A stretch of 62,864 nucleotides of DNA, filler included, from Stramenopiles sp. TOSAG23-2 (GCA_900128395.1; 12 parts of 12 records of this genome joined end to end with filler, not necessarily neighbours in it), one strand, 5' to 3'. Shown: positions 42,563 through 55,210, counted from the first letter of the whole stretch. Notes: generated by a model from the sequence alone, not told the origin. A program made the numbers and translations.

Positions 42563-45500
42563 ATGACAAGTGCTAAAACATTGACACGTCCATTTCTCGA
42601 ATGTTTTTATGCATTAGCAGACGTAAATAGTAAAATTCGGCATAGTGCTACAAGGGATTTAGTAAAACATTTAGTAGATAACCATGCTTCTATGGGAAAT
42701 AATATGGGAGTTGATGAGCAGAAATCGGTAGACTTAAAATATGCAATCAAACGGCTGATAAGAGGGCTGTGTTCATCACGTGGTGCAGCTCGCCAAGGTT
42801 TTTCACTCGCATTAAGCGAAGTATTACGTGCATTTCCAGAAAATAATACTATATCAACTTTAGAAATGGTAAGTTTGATAGATAACGTACGTGCAAAGTC
42901 ACGTGGTATGAGCGGGGGGAAACCATCGGGCCAAGAAGAACGCGATTATATGTTTGCTGGTATTTTTGGCTGTATTGCACTCCAGCAGTCTGGCCGTTTG
43001 ATTTTTAAAGAAGATGGTGCAGATGAAGATCGATCAAGCGCAACGGAGAGGATTGTAGAAATTTTAATGTCAATAGCTAAAAAAAAAAAATGGATTCGAC
43101 AATCGTGTTATGAGGTCTTACTTTCAATTTTAAACGATTTAAATTTAAATCGTGGGAAGATGGAAGTTTTGATGAATGTATCAGACGCATTCTTAATAGG
43201 AGCTTCGAATTACGATGATAGTATAAGCATAGATATTGCTAGTGGTGAATTGAACCGTAATGATGTTAAAAAGACACGTCAACGAGTTTCAAAATTAGAA
43301 GATTTGGATACAGAGCAATTACAAATTTGTCTTGGAATACAGGAATGGTTGCTGAATGTAACCAAACGTGATAAGTCATTGATGAAAAAGATAGGTATCG
43401 AGTGTCGATTGCCCAAGGTAGTTTATTCAACTAAATCTCTTATTCGCATTGGGCGTATTGATTCAATAGTACATGCGCTTCAAGAAACTGCGAAATTTTC
43501 CCCGCAAATTCATGCTGTTTGGCATAGAGTAATTAGTGCTGTAATGCGAGAAGAAGAAAAAGGCCGTTCAATGATACGTGATTTTTGGGTGAAAGCGATT
43601 GAAGAACCTTTAATGCGATCAACACAACAACGCCGTGCCTTGGCATTTGCCATTTTTCGTCAGATGTTGCCGCAATTAAATGCTTTGCAAGCGCCCCAAT
43701 TGTGTACGTCAACTGTTTTGTACTCGATAGCCGTTCACGTCTCTGCAGTAGACAGTCATTTACACAATAGTGCGCGTATGATGATCCAAACTATTCTTTC
43801 TGTAGCAAATCAGAGTATGGGAATGAGGAGTGCACTGGTCAGCTCTATTTTAGCAAACGAACCTTTCTTCGATCAAAAATGCCAAATGAAAGGAAGGGGG
43901 AAAAAGAAAAGAAGAAGAAGAAGCAGTAAAAATAGTAACAATACGGAAAGTGGAACTGATCGATCTAATTTAGGCCCGACGGCACAATTATTGAAAGGTT
44001 TAGATGGTCCTGCTTTTCTTGAATATATACATTTCTTAAAATTACAAATCTTAAAAGCGACGAAAATGGGGCCTATCAACGCAACGGGGGGTGACATCCA
44101 AGATATACCAGCAGTGGATCTTGCCAGTAATGTTGATAATTCTGGTGCTGAATCAAGGCGTATATGGGCTATTGATGCATTGTATGCTGCCACAAAGAGC
44201 CAATTCAAGCGGCCTTCAAGACAAATTCATTTTGGCCAGGAGAATGGTTTGATGATTACAACATCTTTAGGCGGCACCAATGAGGATGATGGCGAGAAAA
44301 AAAACGTGATCGAAGTGTTAAATTATTTTTTTGATTGTGCTTTTTTAGTAACTGATGACAACAATATGCTTTCTAATAGAATTAGACAAACCTGTTCAAA
44401 GCGGTTGTTTAGCTTACTGTCTGATCTGTCTAAGAATACTTCAGATAGAATTAGCGGCAGATGGGCGGAGCATGTCCATCATCATTGGTCAGAACAAGAG
44501 CAGAAAGGTATGAAATTGGTGAATGAAACAACCGTAACATTAAAGAAAGCTCGCAAATCCTTTGTTGCGTTGATTGATAGCTTAAATGACGCTATAAGGA
44601 AGTGTAGGGAAGCAAATGGAAATGGTGAAGGTCATAACATAGATAAAGATTTAAAAGTTGAGCAGTATCAAGCGTTTAAATCGTTTGTGCTGCATATTGG
44701 ATTTCAATTATTAAATGTGATAGATGATGACAACAATGATCAGCAAATTTTATCTGACATGGATGAATTACAGACTATCTATTCGAATCTGTTTTTTGTA
44801 AATGACGAAAACAACAAGAAAAACAAGACGAAGCAAGATAAAAAGCAAGATAAAAAGAGCCATTTTAGCAACGATAGAAATATAAGCTTAATCATACGAG
44901 TAAATCAAAGCGACGAAGAGACACCAATCAACCCTGATGGCTCTAGTGTATTTGTGGATCTGTTACTAAGTACTTTATCGCGTCCAAATGGTTTTAATCA
45001 GCGATTATTACGAGATGTCTCTAAAAGCGTTTTTGGTGTCCTATCTCCGTTATTTAGTGCACAAGCTCTTTCTAACATGTTAAGTACAATCGTCCAAAAG
45101 CAAAATTTGGACATGGATGAAGAAGAAAGTGACGATGAATTTGAACCAATAAATCCAGAGGAGATTAATCCCGGAAGCAGCTATGATAGTGATGGGGTTG
45201 AAAGCGAGGAAGAGAAGGAAGTTCCGATCGGTAATAGAAGTGCAATTAAAAAATCAGACAAAGACCAAAGAGAATCAATCGTTGAAGACGATGGAGTGGA
45301 TAGTGGTGAGGATAATAGTGATGACCCAGAGGGAAATATCGATGAGGATGAATATATGCAACTATTAGAGTCTAGGTTTCTAATGTTATCAAACAAAAAT
45401 AAAAAGGATGAACGCGTTGAGATGGAACGGCAAGAGTTGCATTTCAAAATGCGCGTGTTAGACCTTCTTGAAATATTTTTAGATAAACAGTCAGCATCTG

Positions 45501-46567
45501 TATTTGTCCCGCAATTTTTGTTGCCGTTGATGCGCGCGCTTCGAAACTGCTATAAAGAGATTGAAACAAAAGCTGGAAATAAAGGCAAACGTGTATCTCA
45601 AAAAGCCTTGCTTGACCGATTAATGCGTATAGTGAAAAAGAAAATTTTTCAAAATAAAGATTACAGCCGTGGTTCAAACGTCGTTAAATGCCAAAAAATG
45701 TTGCATGATACGATTGATAATTTAATCGATAACGAATTACTATTATCACCGATTCCAGATCATGAAGAGATGGCAACATTAGCCATTATATACCTCGTCA
45801 AAGTATTGAAAGGTACTAAGGATTCCAACAGCAAAGGAAACGATGAAAGTCTGATGAATCACGTGCGTATTAAGAAATCGTTGGATAAGGTTTTGTTGAA
45901 TTTTTTGAGGAGGAAAAATACACGTGTTAGTGATAAATTTTTCATGAATGTAATGTTGCGCCAACCAGATCTTGCTGTGCAATGTTTTGCGGATACTTTA
46001 ATTGAAACATTGAAAAACAAGCACGTAGGTATTGAGAAGGCGACGAAAAATGCTGACAAAAATGGTAAATTGTCTATGGAAATATACTCTACACGTACTG
46101 AATTTGACCGGGTGATGTTGTTACGCATATTGATGCTAATGTTAAGGCATTGTGGCTCGAGTCGCTTTCAATCGTATTATGATAGTCTAATAAATGCATT
46201 TTGCATTTTTTTGGACGATGTCGATGTGTTGAGCATGAGATCAAAGCGATTAAGACCTATTTTGGATTTCGGCATGCTATTGGCAAAGCAATTAAATGAA
46301 ATAAAACATCCATTAAAGAATATAGCAATTTTGCATCAAATTAAAATAAAGTTTCATAGCATTGTAGCAAATGTTGAAAGTAAATCGATTCAAAGACTCT
46401 GCAAACGTATACATGAATTGCTTAGTAATGTTTGTGTTGGAGACGACAATGGCAAATTAAGCAAATATGCAGGGTATGAAATGGTACAATCCTTGGACAA
46501 GAAGCGTAAAGAAAGTGCTAATAAGCGGGAAAGGAAAGAAAAAAAGAAGAAAAAGAAGAAGAGCTAG
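42563..46567 (+). CDS. MYBBP1A: DNA polymerase phi / Myb-binding protein 1A (nucleolar ribosome-biogenesis factor)
   Basis: YAIKRLIRGLCSSRGAARQGFSLAL, GQEERDYMFAGIFG, acidic tract followed by HFKMRVLDLLEIF, basic C-terminal NLS. Confidence 0.9.
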   Translation: MTSAKTLTRPFLECFYALADVNSKIRHSATRDLVKHLVDNHASMGNNMGVDEQKSVDLKYAIKRLIRGLCSSRGAARQGFSLALSEVLRAFPENNTISTLEMVSLIDNVRAKSRGMSGGKPSGQEERDYMFAGIFGCIALQQSGRLIFKEDGADEDRSSATERIVEILMSIAKKKKWIRQSCYEVLLSILNDLNLNRGKMEVLMNVSDAFLIGASNYDDSISIDIASGELNRNDVKKTRQRVSKLEDLDTEQLQICLGIQEWLLNVTKRDKSLMKKIGIECRLPKVVYSTKSLIRIGRIDSIVHALQETAKFSPQIHAVWHRVISAVMREEEKGRSMIRDFWVKAIEEPLMRSTQQRRALAFAIFRQMLPQLNALQAPQLCTSTVLYSIAVHVSAVDSHLHNSARMMIQTILSVANQSMGMRSALVSSILANEPFFDQKCQMKGRGKKKRRRRSSKNSNNTESGTDRSNLGPTAQLLKGLDGPAFLEYIHFLKLQILKATKMGPINATGGDIQDIPAVDLASNVDNSGAESRRIWAIDALYAATKSQFKRPSRQIHFGQENGLMITTSLGGTNEDDGEKKNVIEVLNYFFDCAFLVTDDNNMLSNRIRQTCSKRLFSLLSDLSKNTSDRISGRWAEHVHHHWSEQEQKGMKLVNETTVTLKKARKSFVALIDSLNDAIRKCREANGNGEGHNIDKDLKVEQYQAFKSFVLHIGFQLLNVIDDDNNDQQILSDMDELQTIYSNLFFVNDENNKKNKTKQDKKQDKKSHFSNDRNISLIIRVNQSDEETPINPDGSSVFVDLLLSTLSRPNGFNQRLLRDVSKSVFGVLSPLFSAQALSNMLSTIVQKQNLDMDEEESDDEFEPINPEEINPGSSYDSDGVESEEEKEVPIGNRSAIKKSDKDQRESIVEDDGVDSGEDNSDDPEGNIDEDEYMQLLESRFLMLSNKNKKDERVEMERQELHFKMRVLDLLEIFLDKQSASVFVPQFLLPLMRALRNCYKEIETKAGNKGKRVSQKALLDRLMRIVKKKIFQNKDYSRGSNVVKCQKMLHDTIDNLIDNELLLSPIPDHEEMATLAIIYLVKVLKGTKDSNSKGNDESLMNHVRIKKSLDKVLLNFLRRKNTRVSDKFFMNVMLRQPDLAVQCFADTLIETLKNKHVGIEKATKNADKNGKLSMEIYSTRTEFDRVMLLRILMLMLRHCGSSRFQSYYDSLINAFCIFLDDVDVLSMRSKRLRPILDFGMLLAKQLNEIKHPLKNIAILHQIKIKFHSIVANVESKSIQRLCKRIHELLSNVCVGDDNGKLSKYAGYEMVQSLDKKRKESANKRERKEKKKKKKKS

Positions 46568-46586
46568 AGAGACGTATATTTATAAT

Positions 46587-47147
46587 TTACGCATAATTTA
46601 TTTTTAATTTACTCATGATAATGTTCCTACTCTTCAAAAAAACAAACAGTATCAAAACTGCATCCCAGTTTCCACGAAAATTTGACATTGGATGCACCAA
46701 ATGAAACTTTCTCATTGCAACGTGTTCGTGCACTTCAGCTCCAACCGGCGCATGATGCGAATAAACATACTTGACTAAAACAAAGTCAATCCAATTACCA
46801 CCAAAATAACCAAAACTTTCCAAACTGTGTTTTACCTCTTCATGTTCTTCGCGTATTACTTTACTTCTAATTTTTTCCAACAATTCGTCGTGTTCCGCGC
46901 GATGGTGACCTAGAACACGACCTAAGACATGGTGTGCAGCGTGTGCAGCACCATCTACCAAGGTATGCGCGCCGCCTACTAAGTTGTGAGCACTTTCAGT
47001 GACATTAAGCGCAGATTTATTTACAGCTTTTGAGACCCCCTTTTTTTTCTTCGAAGTATTTCGAGTGTCACTGTAATCGTCACTGTTGACGTTATTATCA
47101 CTAGTATTTTCTGAGTTAGATGAGTCAAGATTCCAAGACGAAACCAT
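46587..47147 (-). pseudogene. Fragment resembling the N-terminus of a cyclic-nucleotide-regulated / K+ channel, ending within S1
   Basis: LVHPMSNFRGNWDAVLILFV matches the pre-S1/S1 motif IHPxSxFRxxWD; a stop follows 17 codons later. Confidence 0.5.
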
Positions 47148-47164
47148 ACGTGTTGGCGCCTAGA

Positions 47165-47264
47165 NNNNNNNNNNNNNNNNNNNNNNNNNNNNNNNNNNNN
47201 NNNNNNNNTTAATTAATTAANNNNNNNNNNNNNNNNNNNNNNNNNNNNNNNNNNNNNNNNNNNN
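47165..47264. other. Artificial contig linker
   Basis: N44-TTAATTAATTAA-N44. Confidence 0.99.
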
Positions 47265-47705
47265 TAGGAAAAGAAAAACAAAAACAACATATATATATAT
47301 ATATATATAATATATATATGATATCTACATTTCCGATTACTCATATATTCATATTACCGACAATGAACTATGCGTTCGTACGAGATCAATGAGTACAAAA
47401 AACGACGCGAATGTAAAATATACATCAATTTTTCAACACCCGCCAAACCAGCTAGCTTTGATGTCATCTACCAAATGCAAGTTAAACTGGGCGGGAAGAT
47501 AAAACTTTTGTTGGTCATTCTGGCGCTTTTCAGTCAATGTAAAGAACCTGGGAAAGCCATCATACATTTCCAAATTTATTTCAAATTTCATACATATACA
47601 TACATACATACATGTTGCATTGCAAACATTCACCATGTATATACATACATTAATTCAAAAATACTAACAAATAAATTTTATACGTATATTATGATATATA
47701 TTTAG

Positions 47706-50700
47706 GTCGAATATTTATTGGTGGAAATGATGGCTCCATATACGAAATCGATTATGATGGGGAAGGCTCATGGAGAAGTTACTTAGGTCTACCAAATAAA
47801 TGTCAAAAAGTAAATCGTAGCGCAAGTCGTTTTGTGCCGTGGTTGGTACCTCAATTTGTGAAAGATTTATTTGGTGCGGAAGATCCAATACACGACATTG
47901 TTGTTGACAACTCAAGAAATATTCTCTATGCGTTATCAAAAAATAACAAAATTTCTGTATTTGATTTAGGCGATGATGGAGAAACATTTCTATATGTCCA
48001 TCAACAAGATGTGTGGCAGATGGTGAGGCAACATATACCACGTAATCAAGGAGCCAATTTAAAAGAATATTTCAAAAAGAAAGTGTCAAAGACGCAGAAA
48101 TACGTAGTCTCATTGCATGTTGTTGAAAAGACGGATACTCGTTCCTTCCGGTTTTCGAACATTGAGCCGGAACAAGTGCATTTAATAGCATTATGTCGAG
48201 ATGGTATGCGTTTATACATGACCACTTCAAAAAAACGGAAGAAAAATTATAATAATTTCAATTCCAGTAAACCTGTCATGGAGACAGGACCAAAAACACT
48301 GTCGTTGGTTCATGGAAACACCGGAACCACCGCATCGGTACGAGCAGCACCAGCTTCATACCAAGTTCAGAAAATAACGAATAATGATATTTATCAACTT
48401 GGCATTGGACAACGATCCTATCAAGTATCGAGTAACCAGGTACGCCCGTACATTGTAAGTACAGGGTTTTGCGATCGCAATGTATGTATTATGGCAGAAA
48501 GAGAGACAGGTAATGGTGGCGTAGGCGCTGATTCGGATAGTATCACAGCATTTTGTTTCGATACGGCGCATCAATTATTTGGATCAGTTAAAACTCGAGA
48601 CCCATTTGTAATAAACAAACTATTAGACGCAGAGAATCAAGGACGTGGTAATAGAAATAGAAATAACAATGTGTTAAGTGTTTATAATAAAGAGTTGTCA
48701 TTGAAAGAATCTGTGCATCATACTAATAACAATGTGGGGCGTATATATGAAATTGCTTTATCAGAGAGGCCAAAGTCTTCAATTGATTACCATATGATGT
48801 GCGCAACATATACCCCACCAAAAACAAAAGGAAGACAAGCTGCGCGTTACAATAATCAAAGAAATGGTGGTGTCGGTATGAATAATAATATTGTGTCGAA
48901 CAACGCAGGGCAAAAACGATCGTACAATAATATTAGTTCTACAGATGGACGCAACACATCTACAGGTGCATCATACAAATTGGAATATTTGCGTTTAGGC
49001 GTGTTGGCAACGCAGCACCGTGAATTTGTAAAAACAGTTTTGTGCCTATCTACAAAAGGTTTGTATCGTTATGAAATTTTGAAACCAGTTGAACAATTAC
49101 GCCGGCTACTAAGTCAATGTGACCGCGCATCGTTTCGAAATCAAGTTGAAAAGTTCAGAGATTTATATGGGCGCGCTGAAACATGTGCTATGGCATTGAT
49201 TTTAATCTGTTCTTTGCCTGAGGTAATCGATGACTCTGCAACAGATATTCCTTTTGATTCATATGCACCTGGTACTCAGGGTGACGCTGCAATGAGGCAA
49301 ACAAATTTCGCCGGGACAGATGCCGTTACAGCTGCAAATATAGTTGTGGATCGCGCGAAGCAAATATTTTTTCAAAATACTTGGAGCGGTTCAGCGTCTA
49401 ATATTAATATAGGTAGCGGTAGTATGAACATGCATAACAATGGCAGCATGGCAATGAGTCAAAATCTTAGCATAAACTTTTCTGGGCGTAGGGAAGGTAT
49501 TGCATTTTACTTATCACGCCTTGTTAGGCCTTTCTGGGAGTATACTTTTGTAGAAAAGAATCCATCGTACGCGCCCGTCCGTTTAGGTGTTATGGGATAT
49601 GTCGATCGGTTATTGAATTCAGCAAGGACATTGACTACCGGCCGTAACGGTTTATATATGCTTCGCTTTAATCGCGAACTTCTTGGTGAGCTATTTCGCC
49701 CGGTAGAACGTTTAAGGCAATTTATGGAAAGACATAGCACAAATGGAAATAATAAACACGGTTATAGTTTAGATTGCAGAGAACTGCCAAGTCACGATAT
49801 CGTTGGTGGCAGCGATGTCAACAATAATGAGACTCCATATGGGAGAACCGTGGGTAACAAAAATAACCTACCAATGGAAGCAGAGACCATGGAAAGCCGC
49901 TCCTTAGCAGAACTATACCATCTTACTACCAGATGTTCCCAAGCATTAGAAGCTTTAAGGATCTTGGCAGCGCCGCAACATAATTTTCCACGCCTTGTTA
50001 GTAGCGGCATTAGGCGTTCAGAGCGGGAAGAACGTGTAACAAGCAATAACGATAATACAGGGCAACAAAGCAATGGAGGATACGAGAATTTGCCACTATT
50101 ATCTGATCAATCCTTGGAAGAGTTGACTTTTAAAGAATTGATCACAACCAAACGTGGTGGTAAGGTTATCACTGCTTTGTTGTTTGAATTAATGAGCTCG
50201 TTGTCATTTGATACTTCAAATGTGCAAGACTTGTGCCGTGACCTGGAATCACGATGCCCGATGTTCTTTTCCTCGTTTACCGGCAGACTGGTAGTCGGCA
50301 ATGTTTATTTAAAACGTGCAGAAAGTCACGGAACTGACCGGCCAAGAGAAAGGCAAGACTTGCTGGATGCAGCGTTAGAGGAATATGTTCGGGCAACCGA
50401 AGAATTGGAAAAATCGCCTGATTTGCATAGTGTACATATTATCGAAGATGCATGTGAGAAATTCGAAAAATTACGATTTTACGAAGGTGTCTTAATCTTG
50501 ATGTTATCTGCTGCGCATCATGTCGCAAAAGGGCGAACAAAACATGTAGACCAGAACTGGGATAGCATTACAGGCGTTGTCATAGAAGATATTGACACCA
50601 ATAGTTATGATATGGGTAATATAAATAATATGTATGGAAATATGAATATGAATAACAACAACAGAATGCGCTATAATGGTACCAGCGGTTATGGCAGTCC

Positions 50701-52321
50701 ATCGCCAAATAGAAATGGCATATATACGAGTCCTCCAAATTGGAACAATCGTAACAACAACAATATCAGTGGCAGAAGTAATAATCGGGCAAATACAAAT
50801 GTAGACAATGATAAAAATAAACGTTTAAATATAAGAAAGAGGATGTATAATTACGTCATTAAAGTCACGCTGGACAATTTAATTTATTCCCGTGTCAATG
50901 ATATGTACGATGAAAATAACCAACGTGAACTTCATGATGCAGAAAGATATGAACAAGATATTAGTGACTTTTTAAATCGCGCACAAAAATATGAAGATGC
51001 TTGTTTTCATAATGATTTATATTCATACTTGTTGCACAAAAAGGAAAATTCACGATATGAACGTTTATCATCAAAAGAAGTTGAATCGTTTTTACATCGA
51101 ATGATTGAAGACACTGCTTCTACGGGTCTAGGGAAAGATTCAGAAGCTACAAAATATTACAATTCCTTGTCAAATTATTATATTAAAAATAATCGTTTGA
51201 AAGCAGCCGCAAACCTTGCAGTTAAACGCGCGAAATGGGATGAAATTAACATCGAGAACAACCCAGAACTGGGAGATAGGTTAATATGGTTGAACGAAGC
51301 TATTCGTTTGTTAAATTCATCTAGAATTGCATACGGCGCGCCTGGTATCGATGACGATGTCATTGGTGAAACAGTAGAAAGTTTAGAGGGTGATCGTGAT
51401 GTCGCAATGGAGCAAAAAATGCTATGGGATTCAATTAAAAATGTATTTAACTCTAATAACCGTGGTAACGAATTTCAAAAAGAATATCAGAAATTTAGAT
51501 ATAAGTTAATTGATGTAAGCTCATTATATAAAATTGCTAAACGATATCAATTATGGGAAAATTGTTTATCAATTATTTTTTGCTGCGATCAGCGTGATGA
51601 TAAAATATATCGCTCTGTGCAATCGTGCTGGCGTCAATTAATCGAAAGCTCATTAATGCAGACGGTTGGTAGAGAATATCATTCGCATTTGCGTAATCGC
51701 GGTGTATGGGTAGAAGCTGTCATGAAAACCATCACAATTACAGGCAGAAGATTTTATGGAAAAGGTCGTGATTTTGTTGTTCCTGTGCAATACATTGTTG
51801 CATTAATGGAAGGACTCCTAATGGAAAGTGGGGAAGATGTCGTTAAAAATAGTGGCATTTTATTTTCAAATTACGTACCAGAATGTTTGCGTGAAATAGG
51901 TGTTCCGTGGTTAGACATTATTAATGCATATGAAAAGGCAGTCGAAGACCCGGAGGATGTTCGCAATGCGGTGGATACAATGTTAGTCTCGCGGCAAGCT
52001 GAACAGATACAGCGTCGTAGCGTTGGGAGTAATACACGTAAATTGCACTGTCTGATTATGTTGGAACATATTGTTCGAATGTGGATGGAATATGTAGACA
52101 ATACACAAATTCCAGACGAGATGGATGAGTTGGTACAAAATGAACCTATTTTAAACGATATGATTATGAGGTGGAGAGCTGCATCGGGTGGTTTATTAAA
52201 TTTACCTCAAATTTATGAACAAAGAAATTTGAAAAACACTCTGATGAAAAGATTCCAAGAGTTATTAGTAAATAAAAAATATTTGCCAGGTTTACAACGG
52301 CAACGATTGCAAGATATGTAG
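47706..52321 (+). CDS. NUP155: Nucleoporin Nup155/Nup170, last exon (upstream exons not found in this contig)
   Basis: Exon starts after TTTAG (47705) with TACTAAC at 47662; reads GRIFIGGNDGSIYEIDY..KCQKVN; further motifs VVDNSRNILYALS, YGRAETCAMALIL, FSGRREGIAFYLSRLVRPFW, LESRCPMFFS. Confidence 0.9.
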
Positions 52322-52399
52322 ATTCGGGCACTGATCAAAAAAAATATTCTTTATATGTATAAAATCACCGTCGTGCCCTTTATAAAAATGCTCAATAAA

Positions 52400-52499
52400 N
52401 NNNNNNNNNNNNNNNNNNNNNNNNNNNNNNNNNNNNNNNNNNNTTAATTAATTAANNNNNNNNNNNNNNNNNNNNNNNNNNNNNNNNNNNNNNNNNNNN
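52400..52499. other. Artificial contig linker
   Basis: N44-TTAATTAATTAA-N44. Confidence 0.99.
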
Positions 52500-52926
52500 C
52501 ATTTTCATTTTCAAAATGTTGGAAGGCAAGCGCAGTCGTCATTTCAAAAAATGTCGAAGGGATTTTCTGTTCCTCGCAAACATGAAAAATATTATTTAAA
52601 ATTTCGATTGTTTCATTTTGAGATATATATCGACCATCAATTTGAACACGTTCTCTAAAACAGCTAATATGAGGAGAAACAAAAAGACCAGTCTTTAATC
52701 CATTGGCTTTTAACGAATTTGCCAATTTCCAACATACAGACCCTTTTCCATTTGTTCCTGCTACGTGAACGATTATCGGTTTTTTGCCAGTATCATCATC
52801 ATTATTTCCAATATATGAGGAGTCCAATGCAGTTAATAATTTAGATACGTTCGTTAATCCCATTTTAACACGTTGATGGAGATTCGCAGAATAAAGTTTC
52901 CTTATTGTTGTTTCATATTTGCCCAT
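52500..52926 (-). CDS. folC: Folylpolyglutamate/dihydrofolate synthase (FolC/FPGS family) N-terminus, 3'-truncated
   Basis: IVHVAGTNGKGSV, TGLFVSPHISCFRERVQIDG, TFFEMTTALAF. Confidence 0.9.
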
Positions 52927-53881
52927 ATTTTAATATTGAAATATTCCAAAAAGAATAAAAAATTTAGAGTATCTGAGAGAATAATATGAAATATTTGAAA
53001 ATGATGTATGGATGAAAATGATCATATCATTTTTTGCGTTGAAATTTTTTTTATTGTATTAAATTTAAACCTAAGCTCATAATCGAATAGATATATATTT
53101 TTTAAAATAATAATATAATTGGAATAATAGAAAGAAGTCTTGAAAATTTTTCAGCTGTGGTGGTCAACCAGGTCAAATCCAGGTCAACTGGTCAGCCTGG
53201 TCAGCTGATCGGATTGCTAGATTCAGATTGAAGAAAGAATATCGTTTCATAATTATTACCCTACCAACCCTTCTTTTTACAAAATTGAAATAAATTACCT
53301 GGAGTACATAGCACTCTGTGAATGCTTTTATCTATTTATATGGTGATAGCACTGAAGATTTAGATTAGATGATTTTTATGGTGCAACCTGGTAAGAGATT
53401 TAGATTAGATGATTTTTAATTAATAGCACACATATACCATTAACTATAATTTCAAATAAGAGAGGAGATATATATTACACCGGATTACATACTACACATG
53501 TATTCTTTTACATTTATAAAAGAAAAAGAATTGAAAGATAGATTATATATAGTAATATATATATATCATATCAAGAGCTTATCATTGAAAAGAACTGGTG
53601 GTATTATTTCAGTAGTTTTACATACAACACAAGAACAACAATAACACATACATCCTCTCTCTCTATCTCTCTCTCTGTGTGTGTGTGTGTGTCTCTATAC
53701 GTGTTTATTAATTATTATAAACACAAACAATCTCGCTTTCGTCGTTTTAATACCCAGTGTGGAGTGAGAGAAAACATTCTTTATACACAAGCTTTAAACA
53801 CGTTCCTGTTTCTGTTTGATTATTTTCATTTGTTTGGTTCGTCGTTAAGCATTTCCGTCAAGTTATAATATTATTTTAATC

Positions 53882-55210
53882 ATGTCCTCGTTAAGTAGCC
53901 ATTCAACAGTGAATAAAGATGTTGTAACAGAAATTTTGAACGAATCTAAGAATAATATGAAGTCGTCTAATAGTGATAAAACAAAAAGCAATAGTAGTAA
54001 TAATAATAATAATAATAATAATAGTAATAATGATAACAACAATCAGCAAAACAATCAAATGGAGGTAAATTCATATATGGTATTAGGGACAAGATTTGAT
54101 ATTGATGCAAGATATTCTATATTGGATAGTGTTGGGCAAGGTGCATATGGAATCGTATGTGCAGCAAGAGATGATAAGGAGGATAGTCTAGTTGCTATAA
54201 AAAAAATGGAAAAAATTTTTGAACATGCAACTTTTACGAAACGTACGTTGAGGGAGTTGATTATTTTGCGGGAGATGCATCATGAAAACATTATAGGCTT
54301 AAAAACGATATTACGGCCAATTAATCCGCACACCTTTGAAGAGATTTACGTCGTTTTTGAATTAATGGAAACAGATTTAAGTTCTATTATTAAAAGTCCA
54401 CAACCTTTGTACGATGAACATGTTCAATTTTTTTTATATCAAATTTTACGAGGATTAAAATACATACATTCATGTAACATTATTCATCGTGATTTGAAAC
54501 CTCGGAACTTACTTGTCAATTCTAATTGTGATTTGAAAATTTGTGATTTTGGCTTAGCTCGCGTAGATTTAAAAGAATCTAGGAAAAAAACCACTGTGAT
54601 GACGGATTACATTGCAACACGTTGGTATCGCCCCCCTGAAATTATTTTATCTTGGAAAACTTATACAAAAGCAATTGATTTATGGAGTGTTGGCTGTATA
54701 TTCGGTGAGTTGCTAGGGCGACAACCGATGTTTCCAGGATCAGATTCTCAAACACAGATTAAATTGATTATGGACTTCTTAGGCACCCCTAGTGAGGAAG
54801 ATATGTCACAAATTAAGCAACCAAAGGCAAAAAGTTATTTAAGTAATTTGCCCAAGCGTGAGCCAATTGATGCCAAGACTATTTTTCCTGACGTAAAAAA
54901 TGATGATGCGATTGATTTGTTGCGAAAATTATTAATATTTAATCCAGCAAAACGTTATACGGCAGAGGATGCCTTGAAACATCCATATTTAGCAGCTCTT
55001 CATTGTCCCGAAGATGAGCCTGTTGGTAAACCAATACCTCCATCTGTTATGGATTGGGAAGAGCATTTTTTAACACTTGAGGAATACAGAAAATTAATGG
55101 TGAATGAAATCAAGCATGCGAATTTATTAGGTAACGACAGCAAGAATAATATTGATATGAGTGCTATTGGTGATTCCTTGGAAAATGATGTTGTTACTAC
55201 AAAAAAGTAA
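53882..55210 (+). CDS. Mitogen-activated protein kinase, ERK-like, TDY activation motif
   Basis: GQGAYGIV, VAIKK, HRDLKPRNLL, DFGLAR, MTDYIATRWYRPPE, CD domain HPYLAALHCPEDEP. Confidence 0.95.
   Translation: MSSLSSHSTVNKDVVTEILNESKNNMKSSNSDKTKSNSSNNNNNNNNSNNDNNNQQNNQMEVNSYMVLGTRFDIDARYSILDSVGQGAYGIVCAARDDKEDSLVAIKKMEKIFEHATFTKRTLRELIILREMHHENIIGLKTILRPINPHTFEEIYVVFELMETDLSSIIKSPQPLYDEHVQFFLYQILRGLKYIHSCNIIHRDLKPRNLLVNSNCDLKICDFGLARVDLKESRKKTTVMTDYIATRWYRPPEIILSWKTYTKAIDLWSVGCIFGELLGRQPMFPGSDSQTQIKLIMDFLGTPSEEDMSQIKQPKAKSYLSNLPKREPIDAKTIFPDVKNDDAIDLLRKLLIFNPAKRYTAEDALKHPYLAALHCPEDEPVGKPIPPSVMDWEEHFLTLEEYRKLMVNEIKHANLLGNDSKNNIDMSAIGDSLENDVVTTKK

Noticed and set aside
42563..46567. DNA polymerase phi as a sign of a virus or Polinton
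   Set aside because: Pol5/MYBBP1A is an ordinary nucleolar protein, and no capsid, integrase or packaging ATPase genes are visible
47370..47705. 111-aa ORF upstream of Nup155
   Set aside because: No similarity to the Nup155 N-terminus that I can see; it ends at the splice acceptor and contains the branch point, so it is probably intronic
53356..53418. Short direct repeat AGATTTAGATTAGATGATTTTTA twice, plus many (TA)n, (AAT)n and (CT)n(GT)n tracts
   Set aside because: Ordinary slippage and low-complexity repeats in an AT-rich genome
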